Assembly: GCA_963716395.1 (NCBI GenBank)
Contig: OY970309.1
Span: 256,001 to 320,000, forward strand
Direction: 5' to 3'
From: an uncultured Fibrobacteria bacterium
GTDB lineage: Bacteria; Fibrobacterota; Fibrobacteria; UBA11236
Length of the DNA: 64,000 nucleotides
Shown in pieces: positions 9,364-18,781 of this stretch (its first letter is position 1; every line of letters starts with the position of its first letter). The position numbers were made by a program, and so were the translations under genes. Under the pieces are notes generated by a model, which saw nothing but the letters and a program-made list of their open reading frames with translations, searched no databases and was not told the DNA's origin.

Positions 9364-10553
9364 GATGTTGGGCGCGGGCATGCTGGGGCCTGGCCCTGCT
9401 GACGGGCACGGTGCGCGCGGAATATTCTCCGCTTTCCATCGACCGCGACGGCGTGGGGCTGCCGGTCGAAGAAATGGGTGCGCGCGAACGCGGTATGGGA
9501 GATGCCGGCATGGCGGCGCTGTCGACGCAAGGGTACTTTCTGCCCAATGTGAGCCGTGCGGCGTTTTATACGCGCACCTCGTTCGTGGCGACCATGGAAA
9601 GCGATCTGGATTGGCTACAGGATGATGCCACCTCCAACCGCCTGACCACGCTCTCCGTGCCCACCATCGCCACGTTTATCCAGGCCGGAAATCTGGGGGT
9701 CTTGGGACTGCATTACCAGGAAGCCTACCAGCGTAACTTCACTGTAACCACCCCTTCGACCTCACTGGACAGCGTGACGAAAAGCTATTCGGCCCAGGGC
9801 GGCGTCTTTCTCTTGGGCGTAAGCTGGGCTTACTCGCCCATCCCCCTGCTGGCCTTCGGCTTCACCGAAAACCTGGTTTTAACCCGCGACCGCTTCATCG
9901 ACGCCGCCTCCTTCCTGACACCCGCGCCGCCGCTAGTGCCGGAAAACCTGGCGGGCGACACCACGGAATTGCGCGGCACCGGCAGCTTTCCGACTTTTTC
10001 CACCACGCTGCATACCCGCTGGCTCGATGCGGCGGTTTCATATTCACTGGGAACGACCCTGCATCAAAGCGGCAGCCGCACCGTCACCGACATGCTGGCG
10101 GATTCGTTGACCGGAACCACCGACCGGGCCTGGCCTTTCATGTTCGCGACGGGTCTGGCTTGGCGCCCTTCCGACAACCAAACCCTGGCCGTGGATTTTT
10201 ACACCGAAGACTGGTCGGGAGACAGCCTCTCGAAATTGAATCAATCCTACAAGGTGTGCCTGGGGTATGAGCACCGCGGCAACCCCAACCCTTTCGAAGA
10301 CTATTACAAGCGCATGGACTACCGCGCCGGATTCGGGCAAGACCGCCTTTATTTGGAGAATGTGCCGGAATTTTACGGAACCATGGGGGTTGGCCTGCCT
10401 TTAGGCCCCCGCGGCAACCTGCTCGACCTCAGTTTGAAATATGCGCATCGCTATTACGACGGCTCCACCCCGTTTACCGAAGACTACGTCCAGGTGACGG
10501 CTTCTGTAGTTGGTGTGGGTATTTGGGGACGCCCGGCTCGCCGCAGGCATTGA
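9360..10553 (+). CDS. Outer-membrane beta-barrel protein, FadL/PorV-like superfamily
   Basis: Signal peptide; GARERGMGDAG N-terminal motif typical of FadL/PorV/PorQ barrels; alternating beta-strand pattern; YRAG and DLSLKY near the C-terminus. Confidence 0.65.
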   Translation: MRCWARACWGLALLTGTVRAEYSPLSIDRDGVGLPVEEMGARERGMGDAGMAALSTQGYFLPNVSRAAFYTRTSFVATMESDLDWLQDDATSNRLTTLSVPTIATFIQAGNLGVLGLHYQEAYQRNFTVTTPSTSLDSVTKSYSAQGGVFLLGVSWAYSPIPLLAFGFTENLVLTRDRFIDAASFLTPAPPLVPENLAGDTTELRGTGSFPTFSTTLHTRWLDAAVSYSLGTTLHQSGSRTVTDMLADSLTGTTDRAWPFMFATGLAWRPSDNQTLAVDFYTEDWSGDSLSKLNQSYKVCLGYEHRGNPNPFEDYYKRMDYRAGFGQDRLYLENVPEFYGTMGVGLPLGPRGNLLDLSLKYAHRYYDGSTPFTEDYVQVTASVVGVGIWGRPARRRH

Positions 10554-10750
10554 TCCGCTTTGCAAATTTTTCTTCGGACCAAAGAATAAATTGTCATAAG
10601 AATTTTGTGACCGCCGGCTTGATTGCCGCTTTCCCGCCTAAAAAAATTGGAACGCGATTTGCACTGTCTTCAGCGCGGTGAAAATGATTTAGATCTGTAA
10701 ATTATTATGGCGTCTCGAATTGAGTAGGTTTCCAGGAAAGGGGTGCTTGT

Positions 10751-11935
10751 ATGCAAAGCAAAAAAAATCCGGAAAGCCGGAGCCAACGCCAGAAGCCCGA
10801 AGCCCCCAAGCCGAAGGCGGCCTCTAGGCCAGCCGAAGAGCCAAAGGCGAAAGCCAAGCCCCCCGCTTCCCAAGCGAACTCTTCTTCTTCAAAACCATTT
10901 TCATCCAAAGCCATTCCCGCCAAAAAATCCGAGACGCCCGCCAAGAAAAACTCTCCGGCCCCGGCTTCGGCCTCCAAACCCCGCGCCGAGGAAAAACCGG
11001 CCCGACGCGCGGCGAAAAAGCCGAACGAAAACAAGGTTGCGGTTGCACATGAATCCGATATGGCCCGGCGCGATGCGCACCTGACCGTGTCCTTGATCCA
11101 GGGAAACCATTCCCAAACCCTGCGGCCGAAATTGTTCGAGCAGTTGCCGGTGCAAAAAGACTACGGCTTCCCGCCCAACGCTCCCGAACTTCCCGAAACC
11201 TATCACCGCGATCGTCTGGTGCTGATGACCAAGGAACCGGACTTTCTGTTTTCCTATTGGGAAGTCACCCCCGAGCTTCTGGCCGCCAAAACCGCCGCCA
11301 AGCGCAACGGCGAGCAATACCACGAGGTTTTGAAACTCACCTGGCCGGCGCGCTCGCTATTCGATGTGAACTTCGCTTTGTTGCCGGTGATGTTCGCGGC
11401 GCGCCGCTGGTACCTGCGCGCCCCCTTCGCCGGTCTCAACTACCAGGTGGATCTGGGTTGGCTTGGCAGCCAGGGACATTTCATCGTCCTCCTCAGTTCC
11501 AATGAAACCGAAAGCCCCGAAAGTTGGGACGCCACCCTGGGGCGCCTGCGCGGGCTCAGCGATGCTGTGGATTACAACGCGCGGTTGGCTCAGCCACTCG
11601 GTGCTTCGGAAAGCCTGCGGCTCGAGGAAAAACATTTTTCCATCACCGACTGGAATATGAGTTCCGGCATCTTTTCTTCTTCGTCTCCGGTGCGCAAATC
11701 GCCGTCGGAGCCGCAGCCGGCTTCGACCCTGCGCACCTTGCCGACCGAATTGCGGGTGGAAGCGCAGCTCAAACCCGGTTCGCTTCTGCGCGTGGGCGGA
11801 CGCGAATTGGTTTCCGACGCCGACGGGCGCGTGCTGGCGCATGTGGCCGGCGAAGGCGCTTTGACCGTCGAACTCGTGCTTCCGGGGGGAAGACGGCATG
11901 CGTATACCTATGATCTCGCGGCGATGACCCGCTGA
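10751..11935 (+). CDS. DUF4912-domain protein with Lys/Pro/Ala/Ser-rich disordered N-terminus
   Basis: ELPETYHRDRLVLMTKEPDFLFSYWEV...RRWY...YQVDLG...LLSSN matches the DUF4912 pattern; usual neighbour of GH57. Confidence 0.75.
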   Translation: MQSKKNPESRSQRQKPEAPKPKAASRPAEEPKAKAKPPASQANSSSSKPFSSKAIPAKKSETPAKKNSPAPASASKPRAEEKPARRAAKKPNENKVAVAHESDMARRDAHLTVSLIQGNHSQTLRPKLFEQLPVQKDYGFPPNAPELPETYHRDRLVLMTKEPDFLFSYWEVTPELLAAKTAAKRNGEQYHEVLKLTWPARSLFDVNFALLPVMFAARRWYLRAPFAGLNYQVDLGWLGSQGHFIVLLSSNETESPESWDATLGRLRGLSDAVDYNARLAQPLGASESLRLEEKHFSITDWNMSSGIFSSSSPVRKSPSEPQPASTLRTLPTELRVEAQLKPGSLLRVGGRELVSDADGRVLAHVAGEGALTVELVLPGGRRHAYTYDLAAMTR

Positions 11936-11944
11936 CCCGGCTAC

Positions 11945-13513
11945 ATGGCTTATTTGAATTTCGTCTTGCACGCGCACCTTCCCTTCGTGCGCCATCCGGA
12001 ACATGCGCGTTTTTTGGAAGAGGAATGGCTGTACGAAGCCATCACCGAGACCTATATCCCGCTGCTGCTGGAATTCGAAGCCCTGGAGCGCGACGGCCTG
12101 CCGTTCCGGATGACCATGAGCCTGACGCCGCCGCTGTGCGAAATGCTCTGCGACGAATTGCTGCAGGCGCGCTACGTCAACCACATCAACCGCCTGCGCG
12201 AGCTGTCGGAGAAGGAATGCGCGCGCACCAAAAACGATGCGCGCTTCGCCCCTCTGGCCGCCATGTACCGCAACCGCTTCGAGACCTGCTACCGCAAATT
12301 CGAAAGCCTCGGCCGCAACCTGCTCGCAGGCTTTCGTCATTTTCAGCAAACCGGCCGGCTGGAAATTCTCACCTGCGGCGCCACCCACGGCTTTCTCCCC
12401 AATCTCCGGCATTCCCGGCGCAGCGTCGAGGCCCAGATCGAGGTGGCCGTGGCGAATTACCGCAAGCATTTCGGCGTCGATCCGGCGGGCATTTGGCTGG
12501 GAGAATGCGGCTATTACCCCGGCCTCGATGCGCACATTCAGGCGGCGGGCTTGAAATATTTCTTCACCGATACGCATGGCATTTTGCAGGGCGATCCGCC
12601 TTCGCCCAAAGGCTGCTACGCCCCGATTGAGACGCCGGCCGGCATCCATTGCTTCGCGCGCGATCCCGAGTCATCGAAAGCGGTCTGGTCGGCCGAAGAA
12701 GGTTACCCCGGCGACTTCCGCTACCGCGAATTCTATCGCGACATCGGCTTCGATCTCGACATGGCCTACATCAAGCCCTACATCCATCCCATGGGGCTGC
12801 GCATCAACACGGGCATCAAGTATTACCGCATCACCGGCAAAGACGTCGCGAAAGAGCCCTATGTGGAAGAATGGGCCCGGGAAGCGGTGGAGGCGCATGC
12901 CGAGAACTTTCTTTTCAACCGCGATTTGCAGGTCGATTGGCTGGCCGGCCGCATGGATACCCCGCCCAACATCATCTGCCCCTATGACGCCGAATTATTC
13001 GGCCATTGGTGGTATGAAGGCCCGCAATGGCTGGGGCGCGTATTGCGCAAGGTCTGCACCCAATCCCGCCGCGTCACCTTGGCCTCGCCGCGCGATTACC
13101 TGAATCGGCACGCCGCGCCGCACAGCAACCCCGCCTTTTCGAGCTGGGGCGCGGGCGGCTATGCCGACGTCTGGCTCAACGGCAGCAACGACTGGATCTA
13201 CCCCCATCTGCATGAGGCAGGCGATCTCATGCGCGACGTGGCCAATCTTCCCGAAGACGGCGCGCTCGATCAGCGCGCGCGCAACCAGATGGCGCGCGAA
13301 CTGCTGCTGGCCCAATCGTCGGACTGGGCCTTTATCATGAAGACGGGCACCATGGTCGAATACGCCGTAAAGCGCACCAAGGTGCACGTGCGCAATTGCC
13401 TGGAGTTGAACCGCCAGATCCGCGCCCGGCAAATCGACGCCGGATTCCTGGAAAACCTCGAAGCCACCGACAATATTTTCCCAGAGATCGATTACCGCGT
13501 GTACCGCGGCTGA
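11945..13513 (+). CDS. GH57 1,4-alpha-glucan branching enzyme (DUF1957 C-terminus)
   Basis: VLHAHLPFV, EAITETYIPLL, GIWLGECGY (nucleophile Glu), PYDAELFGHWWYEG (acid/base Asp), LLAQSSDWAF. Confidence 0.92.
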   Translation: MAYLNFVLHAHLPFVRHPEHARFLEEEWLYEAITETYIPLLLEFEALERDGLPFRMTMSLTPPLCEMLCDELLQARYVNHINRLRELSEKECARTKNDARFAPLAAMYRNRFETCYRKFESLGRNLLAGFRHFQQTGRLEILTCGATHGFLPNLRHSRRSVEAQIEVAVANYRKHFGVDPAGIWLGECGYYPGLDAHIQAAGLKYFFTDTHGILQGDPPSPKGCYAPIETPAGIHCFARDPESSKAVWSAEEGYPGDFRYREFYRDIGFDLDMAYIKPYIHPMGLRINTGIKYYRITGKDVAKEPYVEEWAREAVEAHAENFLFNRDLQVDWLAGRMDTPPNIICPYDAELFGHWWYEGPQWLGRVLRKVCTQSRRVTLASPRDYLNRHAAPHSNPAFSSWGAGGYADVWLNGSNDWIYPHLHEAGDLMRDVANLPEDGALDQRARNQMARELLLAQSSDWAFIMKTGTMVEYAVKRTKVHVRNCLELNRQIRARQIDAGFLENLEATDNIFPEIDYRVYRG

Positions 13514-13523
13514 GGGTGGGAAT

Positions 13524-15056
13524 CTAAGGCTTGCGCAGCAATTGGTGCACGCGGCTCATGAGGTCGAAGACCGTAAACGGCTTGATGAGATAATCGTCGG
13601 CGCCCATCTGAAACCCGAAAGCCAAGCCCGTGCTTTGCCAGGCATTGGTGAGCATCAGCACGCGCGGGCGCATGCGGCCGCGGCGGTGGATTTCCGTCAG
13701 CAGCGCCTGACCCTCGCGCGAGGCGCTATCGAGATCGAGAATGCACAGCGACAGCGGCACGCCGGTGATGTTGCGGATGGCGGTGTAACTGTCTTCGCAG
13801 GCCACCACGTCGAAGCCCTCGCGCCCCAAAGCCTCCGCCATTTGGCTGCTGAACGCGGTGTCCGCCTCGAGCAGCAAAATGCGGTGCGTCGGCAAGGCGA
13901 TTTTGTCTTTTTCTTTTTCCGTGATGAGACGTTGCCGGCCGCCCGATTTGGCCAGGTATAAGAAGCGATCGGCTTCGGCCATGACGCTTTCGATGGAGGA
14001 TTTGGCCAGCACCGGCACCACGCCGGCCGAAAAGGTGAGCGTCACCACCTTGCCGTCGGGCGCGAGAAAGGTTTTCTGCCGCAACGCCTGCAGCGCCTTG
14101 CCCACGGCGCGGCGCGCACCTTCCAGGGCGGTACCCGAGAGCAGCAGGGCGAACTCGCCGCCGCCCCAACGCGCCAGCAAATCCGACTTGCGCAGAGATT
14201 CGCCCAAAGTGAGCGAAACTTGGCGCAACGCCGCGTCGCCCGCCGTGTGGCCGTACGCCTCGTTGAGCTTGCGCAAGTGATCCAAATCGAGCAGGGCCAA
14301 CGCCAGCGGATCATGCCGCCGTTCGGCCAGCGAGGCCAGGCGCTGAAACCCTTCGATAAATGCCGGCCGGTTGGGCAGGCCGGTGAGCACGTCGCGGCGC
14401 GCCTCGCGGCGAAGTTCGAGCGAGCGGTGCAAGGTGGCCGAGATGGCCGCCTTCAGCACCTCGGGGGCGATGGGTTTTTCAAAGAAGGAATTGGCCCCCA
14501 ACGCGAAACATTCGGCCTTGGGCAACGGACCGCTCAATCCCGAAAGTACGATCACGGGCAAATCGACGCCTTCGGCCTGTTCGCGCAGAGCCATGAGAAA
14601 ATTGCGCCCGTCGCCATCGGGAAGCGTCAAATCGAGCACCACCATCTCCACGGACTTCTCCAACACCAAGGCGTGCGCCTGTGCCATGGTATTGGCCACC
14701 AGCACCTCGCGATCGGTGCCGGCCAAAATGGTTTCGAGCAAATGGGACATCTGTGGATCGGCTTCGACGATGAGAATGCCGGGAGTTTCCTCGGATTCGA
14801 AGCGGGGCAAGCGTTCCAATTCGGAAAACAACCGATCGGCGCCCGCAATCAGGTCGGGCCCGTTCAGGTGTTCGACCTGCCGCGCCGTATCCGCCAACGC
14901 CCCGAATCCGTAGCCGGCTGCGGCCTGGGCCAGGCTATGCGCCATGCGCCGTATCGACGCATAAGTATCGGGGCCCGGCGGAGCTTTGCGCGCCGCGCGC
15001 AAGGCATCCATACCGGCAGGAAAAGTGCCCCAATTCCATAAAGGTTGCAGTTTCAT
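13524..15056 (-). CDS. Hpt-REC-GGDEF-REC signalling protein with degenerate GGGEF motif
   Basis: AHSL..GYGF (Hpt-like), VVLDLTLPDGDG (REC), DVLTGLPNR..LLDLDH..YGHTAGD..RKSD..RWGGGEF (GGDEF), CILDLD..GADDYLIKPF (REC). Start taken at MKLQPLW. Confidence 0.85.
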   Translation of the reverse strand: MKLQPLWNWGTFPAGMDALRAARKAPPGPDTYASIRRMAHSLAQAAAGYGFGALADTARQVEHLNGPDLIAGADRLFSELERLPRFESEETPGILIVEADPQMSHLLETILAGTDREVLVANTMAQAHALVLEKSVEMVVLDLTLPDGDGRNFLMALREQAEGVDLPVIVLSGLSGPLPKAECFALGANSFFEKPIAPEVLKAAISATLHRSLELRREARRDVLTGLPNRPAFIEGFQRLASLAERRHDPLALALLDLDHLRKLNEAYGHTAGDAALRQVSLTLGESLRKSDLLARWGGGEFALLLSGTALEGARRAVGKALQALRQKTFLAPDGKVVTLTFSAGVVPVLAKSSIESVMAEADRFLYLAKSGGRQRLITEKEKDKIALPTHRILLLEADTAFSSQMAEALGREGFDVVACEDSYTAIRNITGVPLSLCILDLDSASREGQALLTEIHRRGRMRPRVLMLTNAWQSTGLAFGFQMGADDYLIKPFTVFDLMSRVHQLLRKP

Positions 15057-15117
15057 GCGGTGACGAAATCTATTGTAGCGCCATACGGTGGAACATTGCC
15101 AAACGCCTCGGGAATAT

Positions 15118-16251
15118 TCAAGGCGACGACGGCGGCGATCCCAGGTGGCGGAAGGATAGTGCCACTTGCACGCCCCCGCCGAGATAGGCAACGCCCGCGA
15201 ACTCGGCCGACAACGCATACCCGCTGATTTCCAGCGGATGTCGTTTCCCCAACAACCGCTCCCCGCCGCATTCCCAGCGCGCCGTGTATCCCGCGTGATC
15301 GCCGGCCACCTCGTACAGCGCCTCGACGCGCAGGCCGGTCCACAGGCGCGTGCGCCCTTGCCAGGGTCGCCAGCGGAGATCGCCCCAAAGCCGCTGCAGG
15401 TTGTCATCGTCAGGCGCCGTTTGCGGAGGAACGTCCAGCCGCAAGGGGCGGTTCTCATCCGACCATTTCCAGGCCGCGCCGATACCCGCATCGAGCGCAT
15501 GATGCGGACCCGTGCCCTCGACGTCGTACTCGCCGTCGAGCATAGGACCTTCCTGATGGGCCGTACTTTTGTCCTGGGTTTCTTCGCCGTTGAAGAGAAA
15601 GAACCGCAGACGCGCCTGGTGTTCAACGCTGTCGGTTGTGAAGCGGTAAAGAGTTTGCAACGAAATGAAGGCGGCGGGAGAGAAGGCCACCGTGTCGAAA
15701 ACATGCATGGTTCCGGGCCGGTAAAAATCCGCGCCGACTTCGAGGTGGCCCGAAAACCAGGGCAGACGCAACAGCATCCCCAGCAGGCCGGAGGGCACGG
15801 CCAGAAAGGCGGGATCGGGCAGCGGAGAATACCCGTTCAAGGCGTTGGAGAGCGGCAGCGAATCGGAAAGGGCCAACACCGTATGGCCCAAGGCATAATT
15901 GCCGGCGGCCATGAGATACAAAAGGTCCGGCAACACTTCGCCCACGGCCGCGAGCTTGAGGCTGCCGTCTTCCCGATACGGCTGCGACAGCCCCGCGATT
16001 TGCGTCTCGGCGGCGCGAAAACCCAGGTGCAGCCACAAATACCGGCTGGCCTGCACGGTGAAAGACTGGTAGGTAATCCACTGGTATTCGCTGGCCGATC
16101 CCGTGTCGGGTTGGTCGCCGTAAAGACTCTCTGCGGTGCGCAACGTCCACGGCATCACCTCCGGGGTTTGGTTCCCGAGGCTTTGCGCCGAGGCCGGGAC
16201 CGCCTCAAGGACCCAGGCGATCAGGGCGGCACAGATAGCAACCGCTCGCAT
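15118..16251 (-). CDS. Hypothetical exported protein, probable OM beta-barrel
   Basis: Signal peptide (MRAVAICAALIAWVLEAVPASAQ); amphipathic strands with aromatics; overlaps the upstream gene. Confidence 0.6.
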   Translation of the reverse strand: MRAVAICAALIAWVLEAVPASAQSLGNQTPEVMPWTLRTAESLYGDQPDTGSASEYQWITYQSFTVQASRYLWLHLGFRAAETQIAGLSQPYREDGSLKLAAVGEVLPDLLYLMAAGNYALGHTVLALSDSLPLSNALNGYSPLPDPAFLAVPSGLLGMLLRLPWFSGHLEVGADFYRPGTMHVFDTVAFSPAAFISLQTLYRFTTDSVEHQARLRFFLFNGEETQDKSTAHQEGPMLDGEYDVEGTGPHHALDAGIGAAWKWSDENRPLRLDVPPQTAPDDDNLQRLWGDLRWRPWQGRTRLWTGLRVEALYEVAGDHAGYTARWECGGERLLGKRHPLEISGYALSAEFAGVAYLGGGVQVALSFRHLGSPPSSP

Positions 16252-17884
16252 GTCTTCCCGTCTCCGGCGCCAGTCCCAACGGGGGCCAATCCGGTTCTGC
16301 GTTCAAGTCTCCGGGCGCCGCCCCGATTTCCGACAGCGTCTCCCGCATGTATTCCTGCACCCCGGGCGCAAACGTGGGGATGGAATGTCCCGCCCTGCGG
16401 CGCCGGGCCAGAAATTCCGTTACGCCGTTTTGATCGTCGTGTGGTGCGGCCCGATTTAAACGCGCGGCGATGGCGTTGCTTTGTTCCAAAGTCAGCGTCC
16501 CCGATTGCAGCGCGAAGCCGCGCGTTTCGGCCCACGCGCCGTCCTGCAACACCCAGGGCTCTTCCGAACTGAGCACCGGCAGCGCCAGCAAGGTGCCTTG
16601 CGGCAATTCCACCCTCGTCCAATCGCCGGTATGCTGAAGCCAAAGCAAAGCAGGGCGGCCCCGCAGCACGCAGGAAGGCGTGAGCATCAGGGCGTCGCCA
16701 TGTGCCGACAACAGCGCCGCCGCGGGCCAAAAGGCTCCGGAGTCGGCCACCGCCAAGGCGGCGATCCCCTGCCACACCGCCGCGTTGCTGTCGAGGCCGG
16801 AAGCGCGGCCGAACCCGCTCCACAAAAGCCGGCTCGAATCGAGGGCCGCGATTTGGGCCAGGGTTTGAATCACCAACAGTCCGCTGTCGCGCGCCGCCAG
16901 TTTCGCCAGCGTGGTGCACAGGGGATGTGCCGGCGGCAATTGCAGCACGCCCGCGGCGCGGCCGGCCGCGAAGTCGGAGGAATCGAGTGCCGCCAGCCGG
17001 CCCAGCGCCCGCCACACCCGCCCGGCCGAATCCATCGCCCCGAGACGGGCCGTGGTCTTCCACAGCGCGCTGCCGAGCCTGGCATACACCCTGGATTTTG
17101 GTGGGGCGGCGAACCCGGCGGTGTCGCGGCGGCGCATCACACCCAGTTCGCCCCGGTTCAGGCGCAACACGCCCGGCAGCAAATAGGTATAACTGGAATG
17201 CGGATACAGAAAGAAGTCGTAGGCGCCGATGCCGGCCGCGGCCGGCGCGGGCATGTCTCCGGTTTGCAGGGTGCCGCCCAGGGGAAGGGCGGAAATCGTC
17301 CCCCGCGCCGTAATCGCATCGCCGCGCAGAAGTCGCGCCGGACGCGCGGACCGAAACAGGGTCAAGGCCGGACCGGCGGCGGCGGGAGTAGTGTCGCCCA
17401 ACAGCAGAGCGTGTAACCGGTCGGTCAACACGGTTTGAAGATCCGCCGGGCGGTCCAGCAGATCGGCCACGAATGCTGCGCTGTCGGCGGCCGCAGGAAC
17501 GCCTTGGTCCAGGTTCCACGAAACGAAACGGCAGACCAACGACGCGTCGTCGTCAAAAGCGTTCTCTTCGCGGCATTGCACGGTCAAACCGAAGCGAATC
17601 AGACCGCCGGAAAGGCGGCGCCCCAGCGCCTCAGGCATCGTTCCGGAGGCCAGGGCCCGATCCAGTTCCGCGCCGTGCGGCGTGCGCAGATCATAGACCA
17701 AAAACGCGCTGTCGGAGGCGAGGTTTTTTCCGAGATCGCGCGCCCAGGCTTCGCGGTCGGCCGAATCGAGATGGGGAACCTGCACCTGGAGAAGGGCCAC
17801 CGGCAGACGCGGGACCGATAACGCCGCCATCGCCGCCACCGGCGCCAGCCACGCCGAAAGCATCCCGCCGGAAAAAACGCGCAC
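16205..17884 (-). CDS. Hypothetical exported protein with FecR-like beta region interrupted by 16-aa helical repeats
   Basis: Signal peptide; LRLNRGEL ... LMLTPSCVLRG ... TRVELPQGTL ... VLQDG resembles FecR strands; TATAAT 5 nt before GTG. Confidence 0.55.
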   Translation of the reverse strand: MRVFSGGMLSAWLAPVAAMAALSVPRLPVALLQVQVPHLDSADREAWARDLGKNLASDSAFLVYDLRTPHGAELDRALASGTMPEALGRRLSGGLIRFGLTVQCREENAFDDDASLVCRFVSWNLDQGVPAAADSAAFVADLLDRPADLQTVLTDRLHALLLGDTTPAAAGPALTLFRSARPARLLRGDAITARGTISALPLGGTLQTGDMPAPAAAGIGAYDFFLYPHSSYTYLLPGVLRLNRGELGVMRRRDTAGFAAPPKSRVYARLGSALWKTTARLGAMDSAGRVWRALGRLAALDSSDFAAGRAAGVLQLPPAHPLCTTLAKLAARDSGLLVIQTLAQIAALDSSRLLWSGFGRASGLDSNAAVWQGIAALAVADSGAFWPAAALLSAHGDALMLTPSCVLRGRPALLWLQHTGDWTRVELPQGTLLALPVLSSEEPWVLQDGAWAETRGFALQSGTLTLEQSNAIAARLNRAAPHDDQNGVTEFLARRRRAGHSIPTFAPGVQEYMRETLSEIGAAPGDLNAEPDWPPLGLAPETGRHASGCYLCRPDRLGP

Positions 17885-17968
17885 GCCCCATTATATCCAA
17901 AGCACGGGGCAAAACCCAAAAGCGTGGCGGATCCAAAGGATTCGAATCCGCGCCGGGGCGCGGACGAT

Positions 17969-18781
17969 TCAAGCCGAAAGTTCGCGCGAGCGAATCGCGG
18001 CCGCTTCCACGGCACGCGCCAGCGTCTCGGCGAAGCCTTGTTCCTGCAGCACGCGCAGCGCCTGCAAGGTCGTGCCGCCGGGCGAACACACGCGTTCGGT
18101 CCAGACCCCGGGCGCTTCGCCCGACTGCTCCAGCAAGGCCAAGCTGCCCTTCGCGGTTTGCAGCGCCAATCGGTACGCGGTATCGCGGGCAAGCCCGGCG
18201 CGCGTTCCGGCCGAGGTCAGGGCCTCGATGAATTCGAACACATACATGGGCCCGCTGCCCGACAGCCCGGTCACCGCATCGAGTTCCGCTTCGGCCGCGC
18301 GCACGGTGATGCCGCTGGCGCCGAACAAGGTTTCGGCCAGGCCCAGCGCGTCTGCGGAGCTTCCGTCCACAGCCAGGGCCGTGGCGCCGGCGCCCACCGA
18401 CAGACCGAGATTGGGCATGACCCGCACCACGGCGCGGCCGGGAAAAACGCGCCGCAGATTTTCCAATTTGATTCCCGCCATGACGCTCATCACAATTTGA
18501 TGCTTGGGGGCCGCCCAGCCGGCGCGCCAGCGTTCAGACTCGGCCCGGAACACTTGGGGTTTCACGGCCAAGACCACGGTGTCGCAGGCCGCCAGCAAGG
18601 CCTGGGGATCGGCGACGGCCTCTGCACCGGCTTCGACCAGGGGCCGCACCCGGTCGGGATTCGGATCCTGAACGCGCAACGCCGCCGGCTCGACCAGCCG
18701 CGCGCGCAAGGCCCCGCGCGCCACGGCGCCGCCCATATTGCCGCAGCCCAGCACGCCCAAAAGTCCGAAGGATTTAGCCAT
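17969..18781 (-). CDS. proC: Pyrroline-5-carboxylate reductase
   Basis: [34 protein letters not shown]. Confidence 0.96.
   Translation of the reverse strand: MAKSFGLLGVLGCGNMGGAVARGALRARLVEPAALRVQDPNPDRVRPLVEAGAEAVADPQALLAACDTVVLAVKPQVFRAESERWRAGWAAPKHQIVMSVMAGIKLENLRRVFPGRAVVRVMPNLGLSVGAGATALAVDGSSADALGLAETLFGASGITVRAAEAELDAVTGLSGSGPMYVFEFIEALTSAGTRAGLARDTAYRLALQTAKGSLALLEQSGEAPGVWTERVCSPGGTTLQALRVLQEQGFAETLARAVEAAAIRSRELSA

Noticed and set aside
15057-15704. N-terminal 216 aa of the 726-aa ORF (likewise extensions on thrC, pstS, phoU, HK, nrtB, moaD, narM)
   Set aside because: Longest-ORF extensions overlap neighbouring genes or lack RBS support; starts were trimmed.
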